The notes beneath the pieces were generated by a model that worked only from the letters and a program-made list of their open reading frames with translations, searched no databases and was not told the origin of the DNA. This document shows, one piece after another, positions 48,151-63,100 of a DNA stretch of 64,000 bases. Each line of letters begins with the position of its first letter. Within the stretch, counting starts at the first letter, position 1. Source of the stretch: Okamejei kenojei. Its lineage: Eukaryota. Made by a program: the position numbers and the translations under genes. The stretch is taken from contig CM069137.1 of assembly GCA_035221665.1 (NCBI GenBank), positions 76,694,001 to 76,758,000 of the forward strand. Direction: 5' to 3'.

Positions 48151-51100
48151 CTGTTATTTTAACTCCTTCCTTGGCCTCAACAGGTACACCAATGCCAAAC
48201 TCATTTTCTCCCCGGACACGGAAATAATAAATGCCTCCTTCTTGCAAGTCACTGACTTTGTAAGTAAGTCTCTGACAGTTGTTTGTTACAGTGACCCATG
48301 CCTTCTTACTAGCTTCATGCTTTTCAATATGATATGTCTTCACACGAGCACCTCCTTCATTTTCCGGAACGTCCCAGGCCAGTGTTACAGATTCTTTGGT
48401 AACTTCTTTTACAGTAATAGCACCAGGAGGTCCAGGTGAATCCAGAACTTTGACAACCAGTGTCAGTGTGGCAGTGGCTAAGATGTTCTGCAATGTTACT
48501 GTGTATTTACCACAGTCATTCCTTGTTGCTGTTTCGATTGTCAGCGATGTTTTTGTATCACTAGTCTCTATATTTCCTCTTACCCGGAGATCTACATCAG
48601 GTTTGCTCCACATAACATTAGGTACTGGTTTTCCGCTAAAAGGTACAGTTAATGTAAAGGAACTTCCAGCCTTGACAATCAACGTTTTACGCATTTCGTT
48701 ATCAATATCAAATGCGGGTTCCTCTTCTCTTTCTTTAGCAATTTGTGGCTCTGATATTTCACTTGTATCACTGACACCAACTTTGTTAATGGATCTTATA
48801 CAGAAAAGATACTCTGCTCCGGATGTAAGTCCATGCACCGTATACTCAGTGCCCTTCAAATTCTGAACTGCTTTTGTCCATTCAGTGTCGTCAGACATTT
48901 TATACTCTACAGTGTATCCTGTCACTGGTGATCCACCGTCAAACAGTGGCTTCTTCCAGCTAGCAGTAATGCTTGTCTTTGTTGAATCAATAATTTTTGG
49001 TCTGGATGGTGGAGAAGGTAAGAAAACTGGATCTTTTGCACAGATTAACATTGATGGTTCACTTGGAGGACTGAGTCCTGCAGCATTTTCTGCATAAACA
49101 TGATATTCATATTCAGCACCTTCACGAAGTCCTGCTGCTTTTACTCTTAGATCATACACAGGTTTCTTAGTGACTCGAATCCAGCGTAAACCTGTCTTTT
49201 CACGCTTCTCAATAACATATCCAGTAATTGGATTTCCACCATCACTCTCAGGTCTTCCCCAGCAGATAGTCATAGAATTCTTTGTGACATTGCTAATTTC
49301 AATTGATTTTGGTGCACTGGGAACTGTGAATGGATCTACAGCTTTTACAGGTTCACTCTCCAAGACTTCACCAACTCCAAACTTGTTGACTCCCATTACT
49401 CTAAAAACATACTCATTGCCTGGAAGCAGTTTAGTTACCTTGCAAGATGTTGTAGGTAAGTTATCTGTTACGCATGTCCATGCGATGCGACTTGTTTCTC
49501 GTTTTTCTATAATATAGTGATCAATTTCTGCTCCTCCATTCTCTTGAGGTGGTGCCCATGACAATGAACACTTTTCAGATGTGCAGCCAGTTATTTCCAA
49601 AGGACCAGCAGGTGGACCTGGTCTGTCCAGTACCTTACAGTTAACAGCTAGGGATCTTGTTCCTGCTACATTCTGCAATGTTATGACATATTGTCCTGAG
49701 TCTCTTCTAATGCAGTCTTTAATGACAACTGCAGTGCTGCTGTCAGTTGACTGGATTTCAACTCTAGCATGCCCTTCAAGTTCTTTACCATCCTTTGTCC
49801 ATGATATCACCGGAAGAGGACGGCCAGCTATATCTGCATTAAACTTGACAGTGTCACCTGCCTTAACAATAATCTCTCTAAATTTGGCATCCATCATAAT
49901 TCTTGGGGCTTCCATATCATCCTTTACAGTAATGGGCCCTGTTGATTCAGATGGTTCACTGAATAGTCCTGCAGCATTCTTTGCAATAATATGGAACTCA
50001 TAGCGTTGATCTTCAGTAAGACCAGTAACATCAAAATATGTTTCTTGGATGTTGGTAAAGTTACATTTAAGCCAGCGTCCATCAGGTAGTTGCCTGGATT
50101 CAATAATATAACCAGTAACTTTAGCTCCACCATCATATTCAGGCTTAGTCCAAGAAAGTGAAACAGAGGTTCTGGTAATATTTGTTACGGCAGGTTGACC
50201 CGGAGAGTCACATGGATCTCTTGCTGCAACAGTTTCAGAAGCTTTACTGGCTCTGCCAATGCCTGCAATATTTTCTGCATAAACACGGAACTCATATGAC
50301 AGACCTTCATCAAGGCCAGTTACTTTCATTTTTGTGTCATTAATTGGACCTCTATTCATCTTCGTCCACAGGATACTGCTTCTTTCTTTGCATTCAAGAT
50401 GGTATCCAATAATTTTAGAACCTCCATCGAAAACTGGTTCATTCCATTTTACAATCATATAACCTTTGGTGGCATGTGCAACAATAGGAGTTGATGGAGG
50501 ACCAGGCAGTTTAAATGGATATTCTGCAACAACAGCAGAAGATTCACAAGAGTGGCTTTTACCATATCTGTTTTCTGCATAAACACGGAACTGGTATTCA
50601 CTTCTTGTTGCAAGTCCTGTGATTTTAATTGATGTTCTTGCTACAGTGGCAGAAACTATTTGCCAGGTTGTTGTTGTGGTGTCTCTCTTTTCAACAATGT
50701 AATTGGTAATTTGGCAACCACCATCATATTCTGGTGCTGTCCAAGATATAACCACATAATCAGAACTAATTTCATCAAAACGAATACTATTTGGTGGTCC
50801 CGGTTTGTCAAGAACAATGACATTAATTAAGAAAGTTTTTGATCCTATACTATTGGCAACAGTTAGTTCATATTTTCCAACATCTTCCTTTATGGCTTCT
50901 TTGATGGTCAAAAGAGTTGATGTTTTTGATGTCTGAAAATGTAATCGTGTTGTTTGTCTCAAAGGCTGGCCATCCTTCTTCCATGACACAGTTGGCAAAG
51001 GTCTTCCTCTAAATGGTATGTCAATCTTGAGGTCATCACCAGCCTTAACACTGAAACTATTGAAAAGAAGCTCAACAGAGGGTTCAATTTCAATATCTTT

Positions 51101-54100
51101 TGCAATTACTGGTACTCCTAACTGCCTTGGATCACTCTTTCCTTTCTCATTAACAGCTCGCACAGTAAAGGTGTATTCTTCACCCAAGGTTAATCCTTTC
51201 ACTGTTGTCTCTAGTGCTTTCACTTGGGCACATGAGATCCATTTTTCACTTCCTTTTGTCTGCATTTCAACAATGTAGGAAGTTATTTTGCTACCTCCAT
51301 CATGTTCCGGTTTCTCCCAGGTAAGTGTTGCACTATTTCTTGTTACATCTACCAATATCACTTTGCTTGGGGGCAAGGGCACCTCAGATGCTTTAACAGG
51401 CTCGGTAGTCTCTGCTGGTAAGCCAGTCCCATACTCATTGACTGCCATTACACGGAATAAATAAATCCCCCCTTCTTGTAATGAATCAATTTTGTATGTG
51501 TTTTTCATACAATTGTTGGTAACAGCAGCATAAGCTTTTCTAGTAGATTCACGCTTTTCAACAATGTAATTTGTTATTTTAGCTCCACCATCAATAAGAG
51601 GTGGTTCCCATGATATAGTTACTGAATCTTTTCTCACTTCTTTTATATGCAGATTCACAGGACTGCTAGGTGAATCAAGTACTCTGACATTAACAAAAGC
51701 AGATTTGCTACCACTGTTATTTTCCAAAGTCAAATTATACTTGCCACTGTGAAATCTGTTAACGTTATCCACTACTAACATGGTGTAAGAACCTGTAACT
51801 TCAATCTGGGCTCTCTCACTTAAAGCACCTTCAGCTTTTTCCCATTTTACTTCAGGTTCTGGTCTTCCTTTAATGGGAACAAATAACCTCAAAGTACCAC
51901 CAGCTCGTACAGACACCACCTTTCTGAGATTAGCATCCAACTCAATTTCTGGTGCTTCAAGCTTATCAGCTGCAATTACTGTACCAGATATATTAGCAGG
52001 TTCGCCTACTCCTTCTGAATTAATGGCGCAGATGCGGATATTATACTCAGTATTCTCCTTCATGTTTGTTAATGTGAAATGTATTGATTGTACACCTGTT
52101 GGAGGCGTGCATGTGATCCAGTCATCAGCATTGGTTTCTTTAATCTCCACAGTATAACCCTTAATTTTAGCTCCACCATCATAAATTGGCTTGCTCCATG
52201 CAAGGGATACTGTGGATATTGTTGTGTCGATCACCTTTGGATTGTTTGGTGGGCCAGGAACATAAATTACATCACAGGCTCTGTAGAAAATGGATGGTTC
52301 ACTTGCGTCACCTACGCCAGCAGCATTTTCAGCAGACACACGGAATTCATAGAAATGACCTTCTGTTAAGCCAGTAGCTCTAAATCTTAAATCATTCAAC
52401 CTCTTCTTATTGCATTTGATCCATCTGATTCCATCTTTGTCTCGCTTCTCCAGTACGTAACCTTCAATTTCAGCTCCACCATCATCCACAGGATGCCCCC
52501 ACGTCACAACCATAGAATCTTTAGTAATAGCTGTAACCTCAGGCGTTGTTGGTGCACTTGGGGTATGGTACGGATTTTTAGCCACAACTGGTTCAGATTC
52601 CAGTGACTCACCAATTCCATATTTGTTTACTGCCATTACACGGAAAATATACTCATTACCTGGAAGAAGTTTGGTTACCTTGTGACTAATAGCTTGCACG
52701 TCAGATGCTACTTGTGTCCATGAAAGTCTGGAAGTTTCTCTCTTCTCAATTATGTAGTGAGAAATATTGGCACCGCCATCCTGAGAAGGCGGATTCCAAG
52801 CCAGGTAGCACTTTTCTGCAGTAACACCAGAAACCTTCAAAACACCATCGGGAGGGCCGGGCCTATCAAGAACCTTAACAGTTATAGGAATAGATTTCTC
52901 TCCACCTACATTACTGAGCTTAAGTACGTAATGTCCTCCATCAGTTCGTATACAATCCTTGACAGTAAGACTAGTTCTTTGAATGCTGGATTTAATCTCC
53001 ATTCTTGCAACATTTATATCAATATCTTTGCCATCTTTGATCCATGCTACATCAAGGATAGGTTTACCATAGATGTCAGCATCCAATACAAAGGTGTCTC
53101 CTGCATGAACAACGATTATATCTTTGTACTTGGGGTCCATGGAAACCCTTGGAGCTTCAATTTCATCTCTCGCTGTAATTGGTCCAGAGCTTTCAGATGG
53201 TTCACTGAAAATACCAGCTGCATTTCTCGCAAGTGCTCTAAATTCATATCTTGCATCTTCAGTTAATCCAGTAACTGTGAATTCAGTTTCAATAATGTTT
53301 GTAAAACTAGCTTTTATCCAGCGACCATCAGGAAGATCTTTCTTTTCAATAACATACCCAGTAATTTTGCTTCCACCATCATATTGAGGCCTTTTCCATT
53401 GTAGAGTAACATAATTTCTTGTGATGACAACTCCCTCAGGACAGCCAGGTGGATCACAAGGATCACGTGCTACATAACATTCGGACACCTTGCTAAGTTT
53501 ACCAATGCCAACAATATTCTCTGCAGACACTCTGAATTCATATTCAATACCTTCTTCCAGGTTATTACATTTGTATTGTGTATCCTGAATAATGGTCTTG
53601 TTTAATTTTGTCCAGAGAATACTGTTTCTTTCTTTGCGTTCAAGGTGGTAACCTAATATTTTACTTCCACCATCAATCACTGGTTCATTCCATTGCACGT
53701 GCATATTGTCCTTTGTGGCAGATGACACAAATGGAGTTCCTGGTGGTCCGGGTTGTTTGTACGGGTACTGTGCTATTACTGCTACAGAATCTAAAGATGA
53801 ACTCTTTCCATATCTATTTTCAGCAAAGATTCTGAATTGATATTCAGATCCTGTGGTAAGTTTAGCGATTTTAATCGTTGTCCGTGCCACAGTTGCAGAC
53901 ACCAGGTTCCATGTAACAGTAGTTGTGTCCCGTTTCTCAACTATGTAATTGTTAATTTGACATCCTCCAGTATATTCAGGTGGATTCCATGATATTACAA
54001 TGAAATTCGCACTAACTTCATCAAATCTTACAGGTCCAATTGGTGGACCTGGTTTATCAAGCACGATAATGCCAATTTCTTCTGTTACTGTTCCGCCAGC

Positions 54101-57100
54101 ATTTGTAGCACTTACTGAATACTTCCCATAGTCATCTCTGTGACTTTCTTTTATAAGAAGGTTTGTAGCTGTTTCTGCATCTTCAACATTAACTCTTGTT
54201 GTTTGTTTTAGTGTCTGCCCATCTTTCATCCATACAATCTTGGGTTTTGGACGGCCAATAAATGGAACTTCAATCTTCAGAGTTTCCCCGGCTTGAACAC
54301 TATATGTGTTGAATAAGAGCCTGAAATCTGGTGCTATACTTTGATCTTTGGCTATCACTGGCACAGCCAACAGTCTAGGATCACTTTTTCCTTTCTCGTT
54401 GAAAGCAATCACACGGAACAGATATTCCTGCCCTGAACTGAGACCAGCAACGACTGCATCGCAAGTTTTGGATTGGGTAGCAACACCCCACTTCTCAGAT
54501 CCTTTAGATTGCATTTCAACCAAGTATCCCATGATTCTGCTACCTCCATCATGGTCAGGTTTCTCCCAAATAAGTGACACAGTCTTTTGAGTGATATCGA
54601 CAAGGGTGATCTTTCCTGGTGGTAAAGGTGGTTCAGAAGCCTTTACAGCATCCACAGTTTCAACAGGTACACCAACACCAAACTCATTTTCTGCCATTAC
54701 TCGGAAATAATAAATAGCTCCTTCAGCTAGATTCTCAATTTTGAGATTGCATTTATTACATTTACTGGTTACATTAGCATAGGCTTTTCTGGTTGCTTCT
54801 CGCTTATCAATAATGTAATTCTTAACCTTTGCACCTCCATCAATAATGGGTGGTTCCCACACCAGTGTAACTGATTCTTTCCTTATCTCCTTTACAGTTA
54901 AATTCTGTGGAGCTCCAGGTGTGTCAAGGACTTTTACGGTAACAAATGCAGATTTAGTAGTACTGCTGTTGATCAAAGTCAAGATATATTTGCCAGCATC
55001 ATTTCTATCACAGTTATCTATTGTTAATTGAGTATAATTCAGGCCCTTTTCTAATTGAGACTTTTCAGATAGCTCACCCTCTTCCTTAGACCAAGTGATC
55101 TCAGGTGTTGGTCTCCCTTTAAATGGTATGAAGATTCTGATAGTATTGCCAGCTCTTGTTGTGATTCCTTTTCTTAACTCTGCTGTAAGTTCAATTTCTG
55201 GTGGTTCAAGTTTATCTTCAGTTTTAACCATACCAGGTACTTGTGCTGGCTCTCCAACTCCAATCTTATTGACGGCACATACTTGAATATTATATTCCTG
55301 ATGTTCAATAAGTTTTCCAATTTCAAGGCGAGTCACTTGGAGTCCAGATTGTGGTGTGCACATTGTCCAGTCTTCCTCATCTGCTTTACGTATTTCCACA
55401 ATGTATCCTTGAATGTTACTGCCACCATCATAAATTGGCTTACCCCATATAAGCACAATAGAATCTTTTGTTGTATCTGCAACGCGAGGATTTGCTGGTG
55501 GCCCAGGCTTGTAAATTGGATCACATGCTTTATAGAAATTTGTTGGATGACTTGGCTCTCCAATTGCAGCGGCATTTTCAGCAGAGACCCTAAATTCATA
55601 ATCATGGTCCTCTGCGAGACCTGTGACTCTGAAACGCAAATCTGTTATGTTATGTTTGTTGCACTTTGTCCACCTGATTCCAGCCCTATCCCTTTTCTCC
55701 AGGACATAACCAATAATTTCACTCCCACCATTGTCATCTGGTCTATTCCAGCAGATAGTCATCGAATCTCTTGCAATATTAGTTACTTCCAAAGATTTTG
55801 GTGGACCAGGAGGTACAAATGGATTCTTCATCAGAATGGGTTCAGACTCCAAGGGTTCACCAACACCAAACTTGTTCACAGCCATTATACGGAAGATATA
55901 TTCATTACCTTCCAGAAGCTTGGTAACTTTATGCATTGTAGCTTTGATATCTGATGTCACAACAGTCCAAGCCAGGTGACTAGTTTCCCTTTTCTCAATA
56001 ATATAATGTGAAATTTCACTTCCGCCATCATGTTCTGGTGGGCCCCAGGATAATGAACACTTTTCAATGGTGATGCCAGTTACTCGGATTGGACCTGCTG
56101 GAGGTCCTGGTCTGTCCAAGACTTTTACATTAATTGTAACAGATTTTGTACCAGCCACATTTGAAGCTTGAAGTATGTATTGTCCACCATCTACTCTGAT
56201 TGCATCTTTAACTACAAGTAAAGCTTTAAAATCAGTGTTTTTAACTTCAAGTCTTGCTGACTCTTCAACTTCTTTTTCACCTTTGATCCACTGTATAATG
56301 GGTAATGGTTTGCCATGAACATCAGCATCTAACTTAAATGTTTCACCTGCATGAACCACTATTGTATCTTTGTATTTTGGATCCATGGATATTCTGGGTA
56401 GCTCAACTTCATCCTTTGCAGTGATTGGCCCAGTATTGTCAGATGGTTTACTAAATGTACCAGCAGCATTCTTGGCAATAACCCTGAAGTCATACCTGTC
56501 ATCTTCAGTGAGACCAGTTACAGTGTATTGGGTTTCAATTATATTTGTAAAGCTTGCCTTCATCCAGCGACCCTCGGGTAAGTCACGTTTCTCTACAATA
56601 TATCCAGTAATGACACTGCCTCCATCATATTCTGGTTTTGTCCACTGAAGAGTTATTGAATTTCTTGTTACAATAATTGCTTCCGGGCAACCTGGAGGAT
56701 CACATGGATCACGAGCAACATAGCATTCTGAAACTTTGCTGGGTTTTCCAATACCAACAATATTTTCAGCATATACTTTGAATTCGTATTCAATGCCTTC
56801 TTCAAGTCCTGTAGTTTTAAGTCTTGTATCCGGTATTATAGTCCTATTGACTTTTGTCCAGAGAATACTGTTTCTTTCTTTACGTTCGAGATGATAACCA
56901 AGGACTTTACTACCTCCATCATTAATTGGTTCATGCCACTGGACAGCCATGCTGTCTTTACTAGCAGTTGCTACAAATGGTGTACCTGGTGGACCAGGCT
57001 CTTTAAAGGGATACTGTGCTAAAATTGCCCCAGAATCCAAAGCAAAACTTCTACCGTACCTATTTTCAGCAAATATTCTAAACTGATATTCGGCTCCAGT

Positions 57101-60100
57101 TTTAAGTTTGTTTATCTTCAGACTTGTTCTAGCAACTGTAGCTGAAACAATCTCCCAGTTTGTGGTAGTCGTATCTCTCTTCTCAACGGCGTAGTTAGTT
57201 ATCTGACAGCCACCAGTGAAGCTTGGAGGATCCCATGAAACTGTGATGCTTTCAGCACTAACTGCATCAAATCTTACAGGGCCACTTGGTGGGCCAGGTT
57301 TATCAAGTGTTATTATTTCAATGGATGCTGCTTTTTGGCCAACAACATTAGCCACAGTGATGGTATATAATCCATTATCATCTCGAATTGATTCCTTAAT
57401 GCTGAGTACCGTACTATTGTCAGAGTCAACGACATTGACTCTGGTCGTCTGCCTGAGTGGCTGACCATCCTTTATCCAAGTAATATTCGGTTTAGGACGT
57501 CCAGATATAGGAATTTCAATTTTTAGGTCTTGCCCTACCAGAATACTGTAACTACTAAATGTTGGTCTGACATCTGGTTCAATCACAAGATCTTTCGCAA
57601 CCACTGGCACTGCAAGAGTTCTTGGGTCACTCTTCCCCTTTTCATTCACTGCTATGACTCTGAACACATATTCCTCACCTTGGGCCAGGTTACTGATTGT
57701 CGCCTCAAGTGCCTTTACATGAGCACATGCTGACCACTTTTCGCTACCTTTCGTTTGCATTTCAACAATGTACTGGATAATTCTGCTACCACCATCATGT
57801 TCTGGCTTTTCCCACGTAAGGGACACAAACTTCCTTGTTACATCAATCACTGTTATTTTCCCCGGAGGCTGTGGCACTTCAGATACTTTAACTGGGTCAA
57901 TAGTTTCTGCAGGCAACCCAATTCCATGTTCATTTTCAGCTGTTACTCTAAAGTAATAATTGCAACCTTCTTGAAGTTGCTCTATCTTAAAAGACGTCTT
58001 GTGGCAATTCGTGGTAACAGCCGAGTATGCCTTCCTTGTAGATTCTCGCTTTTCAACAATAAAATTTTTAACTTTGGCACCTCCATCCAACAGAGGATGT
58101 TCCCAGGATAAAGTGACACTATCTCTTGCTATTTCTTTGACTTTAAGATTTATTGGTGGGCTTGGTGTATCAAGGACTCTCACATTAACAAAGGCAGATT
58201 TTGTTCCGCTACTATTTTCCAAATTTAATATGTATTTGCCCGAGTCATATCTGTTAACGTTATCAATTACAAGTAATGTATAACTATCAGAAACTTCAAT
58301 TTGTGCAGTGTCTCTTATTTCACCATCAGCTTTGGACCATTTTACTTCTGGAGTAGGCCGGCCTCTAATGGGAACAAATAATCTCAAAGAACAACTGGCT
58401 CTGACATTAATAATCTTCCTTAGATCTGCATCAAGGTCAAGATCTGGGACTTCTAACTTATCTTCCAAAAGAATAGTGTCAGGAAAGTCAGAGTGTTCAC
58501 CAACTCCAGCCTTATTGATAGCACAGACACGGAACTTGTATTCATGCTTTTCCTGTAATTTATCCACTTCAAATTGGGTCTTCATAATCCCACTTGCTGC
58601 TGTGCACATTGTCCATTCATCAGCACTTACATCACACATCTCTACAAGGTATCCTTTGATTTCACAGCCGCCATCATAAATAGGTTTTCCCCATGAAAGG
58701 AAGACAGAAGATTTTGTAAAGTCAATTACTTTAGGATTGTTAGGTGGTCCAGGTTTGTAGATGGGGTCAGATGCCTTATAGAAGATGGAGCATGGACTTG
58801 GTTCACTGACACCAGCAGCATTCTCAGCAGATACTCTAAACTCATAATTATGGTTTTCAATAAGTCCAGTAGCCCTGAAACGTAGTTCACTAATCAACCG
58901 TTTGTTACACCTTGTCCATCGTATGCCTTCCTTGTCACGTTTTTCCAAAATATAACCTTGAATTTCACTACCACCATCAGATACTGGTCTGCCCCATGCA
59001 ACTACCATTGAATCCTTTGTGATAGCAGTAACCTCTGGTGCCTTTGGTGCATCAGGGCAAACAAATGGATTCTTTGCTATTACAGGGTTAGATTCAAGGC
59101 TTTCACCTACACCATACTTGTTTACACCCATAACACGGAAGATATATTCATTTCCTTCCAGGAGTTTGGTAACTTTGCAACTTAAAGTTTGTACATTAGC
59201 ATCAACAAGTGTCCAGACTAAACGACTTGTTTCCCTTTTCTCAACAACATAATGTGAAACATCACTACCACCATCTTGTAATGGTGGCTTCCAGCTTAAT
59301 GTGCACTTCTCGGCAGCGACTCCACTGACAATAATTGGCCCTTCTGGTGGTCCTGGTTTGTCAAGCACCTTCACATTAACAGTTACAGACTTCTGACCAG
59401 CTACATTCTTTACCAAAAGGGTGTAGGGGCCACTGTCAACACGGATGGCTTCCTTCACAGACAGGTTTGTATTAAAGTCAGTACTTCTAATTTCAAGCCT
59501 CGCTGTATTTGCAAGTTCGTGGTCTCCTTTCATCCATTGAATTGTAGGTATTGGTTTACCATATACATCAGCTTCAATTTTGAATGATTCATCTGCATGC
59601 ACTACAATAACATCCTTATATTGTGGATCCATGCTAATTCGTGGTGGGTCTACTTCATCTCGAACAGTGATTGGACCAGTGGATTCAGAAGGTTCACTGA
59701 AAACACTTGCTGCATTTCTTGCTATTACTCTGAACTCATACCTTTGGTCCTCTGCTAAGCCAGTTACTGCAAACTGTGTATCAATTACATTAGTGAAGCT
59801 TGCCTTCATCCAGCGACCATCAGGAAGTTCTTTCTTTTCAACGATGTAGCCAGTGATTTTACTGCCACCATCATATTCTGGCTTCGTCCACTGCAATGTC
59901 ACTGAATTTCTAGTCACAATTATAGCTTCAGGGCGACCTGGAGGATCGCAAGGGTCTCTAGCGGCAACACATTCAGATACTTTACTTGGTTTTCCAATGC
60001 CAACAATGTTCTCAGCATATACTCTATATTCATATTCAATGCCTTCTTCGAGATTCGTGGTTTTGAATTTAGTATCGGAAATAATTGTTTTATTCAGCTT

Positions 60101-63100
60101 GATCCATAAAATGCTGTTTCTTTCTTTGCGTTCAAGATGGTAACCTAAAATCTTACTGCCACCATCAATGACAGGTTCATTCCATTGTACTACCATACTG
60201 TCCTTCGTGACATTTGTTAAGAATGGAGTACCAGGTGGACCAGGAGCCTTGTAAGGATATTGTGCAATGACAGATTCAGAAATAAGATTACTGCTCTTTC
60301 CATATCTATTTTCAGCTGCAATTCTAAACTGATATTCGGTACCGGTCTTTAAACGTGTAGCTTTGATTGTTGTACGGGCAACAGTGGCAGAAACCATCTG
60401 CCAGGTAGTGGTTGAAGTGTCTCTTTTCTCAACAATGTAATTACTGATCTGACAGCCACCATCATATTCTGGTGGTTTCCACGATATTGAGATATAATCT
60501 GCAGTAACATCATCAATTACGACTGGTCCAGCTGGAGGTCCAGGCTTGTCTAAAACAATAATGCTAAGATCTTCAGATGCTTCACCAGCATTATTTATAA
60601 GTTTCACATTATACTGCCCAACATCTTCACGACAGGCTTCCTTAATGAAAAGAACTGTTTTATTATCTTTGCTTTCAGCATTAATTCGTGTTGTCTGTTT
60701 TAATGTTTGATTATCTTTCCGCCAAGAGACTGTTGGCTTAGGTCGTCCGACAAATGGTACATCGACTTTCAAGTCTTCTCCTGCTAGGACACTGAAGGTA
60801 GTGAACAAAAGCTTAAAAGCAGGGGCAATCAGAAGATCCTTTGCAATTACTGGAACTCCCAGTTGTCGGGGATCACTGATACCTTTCTCATTTTGTGCCG
60901 ATACTCGTAACATATACTCTTCACCCTGCGTCAACCCTGTTATTGTGGCTTCAGTTACTTTCACAGTAGTGCATATTGTCCATTTTTCACTTCCTTTGCT
61001 TTGCATTTCCACAATGTATCCTGAAATTCTGCTGCCTCCATCATGTTCTGGTTTCTCCCATGTCAAAACTGCACTGTTTCTTGTTACATCCACAAGTGTT
61101 ACTTTGCCTGGTGGAAGTGGTCGCTCTGATACTTTAACTGATTCAGTTGTCTCAACAGGCAGACCTATGCCATATTCATTTTCAGCAAGAACACGGAAAT
61201 AGTAGTTACATCCTTCCTGTAAGTGATCCACCTTCCAACTTGTCTTATGGCAGTTGGCATTCACTGTAGAATATGCTTTTCTTGTTGACTCTCGTTTCTC
61301 CACTATGTAGTTTTTAATCTTGGAGCCGCCATCAATAAGAGGAGGTTCCCATGAAATTGTAACAGAGTCTTTGGAAATTTCCTTAATTTTGAGATTTTGT
61401 GCTGGCCCTGGGGTATCCAAAACTCTAACATTGACAAAAGCTGACTTGCTGCCGCCACTGTTCTCCACTGTCAGGATATATTTGCCGCTATCAAATCTAT
61501 TAACATTGGGAATGACAAGGAGTGAGTAAGAGCTTGTATTCTCAATTGAAGCCCTGTCCAGGGGTTCCCCATTTCCTCTTGCCCATTTAATCTCAGGAGC
61601 TGGTCTTCCTTTAATTGTAACAAATAATCTCAACGTGCAGCAAGCTCTTATAGACACCACCTTGCGCAAATCTGCGTCAAGCTCAATCTCAGGAGGCAAT
61701 AATCTATCTTCAGCTTTAGCTGTTCCAGGTACTTGTGCAGGTTCTCCAATGCCTTCAGAGTTGATAGCATAGATTTGAATTTTGTACTCTTGGTTTTCTT
61801 TTAAATCTATGATTGTAAATGATGTAGCCTTCAGTCCACTCTGTGGGGTTACAACTGTCCATTCATCTTCTTCAGGCAGACACGTTTCTACCAGGTAACC
61901 TGTGATTTCCGAGCCACCATCGTAAATAGGTTTATTCCATGCAATAGTGATTGAAGATCTGCTGGTATCCAGCACTCTGGGGTTACCTGGGGGCCCAGGT
62001 TTGAATACGGTGTCACATGCTTTGTAGAATGAGCTTGTTGAACTAGGTTGACTTAGACCAGCAGCATTTTCAGCCTGGATCCTGTATTCATATTCGTGCC
62101 CTTCTGTGAGTTTACCAACCTTGTATCGGAAATCAGTAACTATCCTTTTGTTGCATTTAACCCATCGCATTCCTGTTTTGTCACGTCTTTCAATAATATA
62201 GTTTGTGATTTCACTTCCACCATTAGAATCAGGATGTCCCCAGCAAACCACCATCGAATCCTTTGTAATTGCTGTAACTTCAGGGTTCTTTGGTGGGCTG
62301 GGTGGTACAAATGGATTAACAGCAACAACAGAATCAGATTCTAATGGTTCACCAACTCCATATTTATTTACGGCCATTACACGGAAAATGTATTCGTTTC
62401 CTTGCAGAAGTTTGGTTATCTTTAACTTATTTACTTGAACATCTGTAGCCACATTTGTCCAAGCAAGTCTACTGGTTTCACGTTTTTCAACGATGTAATA
62501 TTCAATCTTTGCTCCCCCATCATCTGGTGGTGGTAACCATGATATCACACATTTTTCAATTGTAACATCTGAAATTGCAATAGGCCCTTCAGGTGGTCCT
62601 GGTCTATCCAGAATTTTGACATTAAACACATGTTGAGCTGATCCTCCTGGATTGGATGCAGTGAGTGTATAAGCACCTCCATCTCTTCTCACACTATCTT
62701 TATGGATCAGTGCAGTAGAGAAATCGGCCATCTTTACTTCCACTTTTCCTGTTTCTTCAAGATCATTTCCATCTTTTGTCCAAACCATGGTTGGTGGAGG
62801 TTGTCCTCTAACATCAGCCTCAAGTTTAAATATTTCACCAGCTTTCAACAGCAAAACACTCTTGAATTTGACATCAACCAGTATTTTGGGTTCTTCAACA
62901 TCATCTCTGCATATTATTGCATCTGTAGGCTCAGATGGTTTGCTTACTGCGCCAGCAGCATTTCGAGCTACTATGCGGAATTCATATGTATCACCTTCAT
63001 TGAGACCACTGATGGTAAACAGAGTCTCTAGCACATTGCTGAAGTTTGCCTTAAGCCAGCGACCATTCGGTAAATCCCTTTTTTCCACTGTGTAACCAGT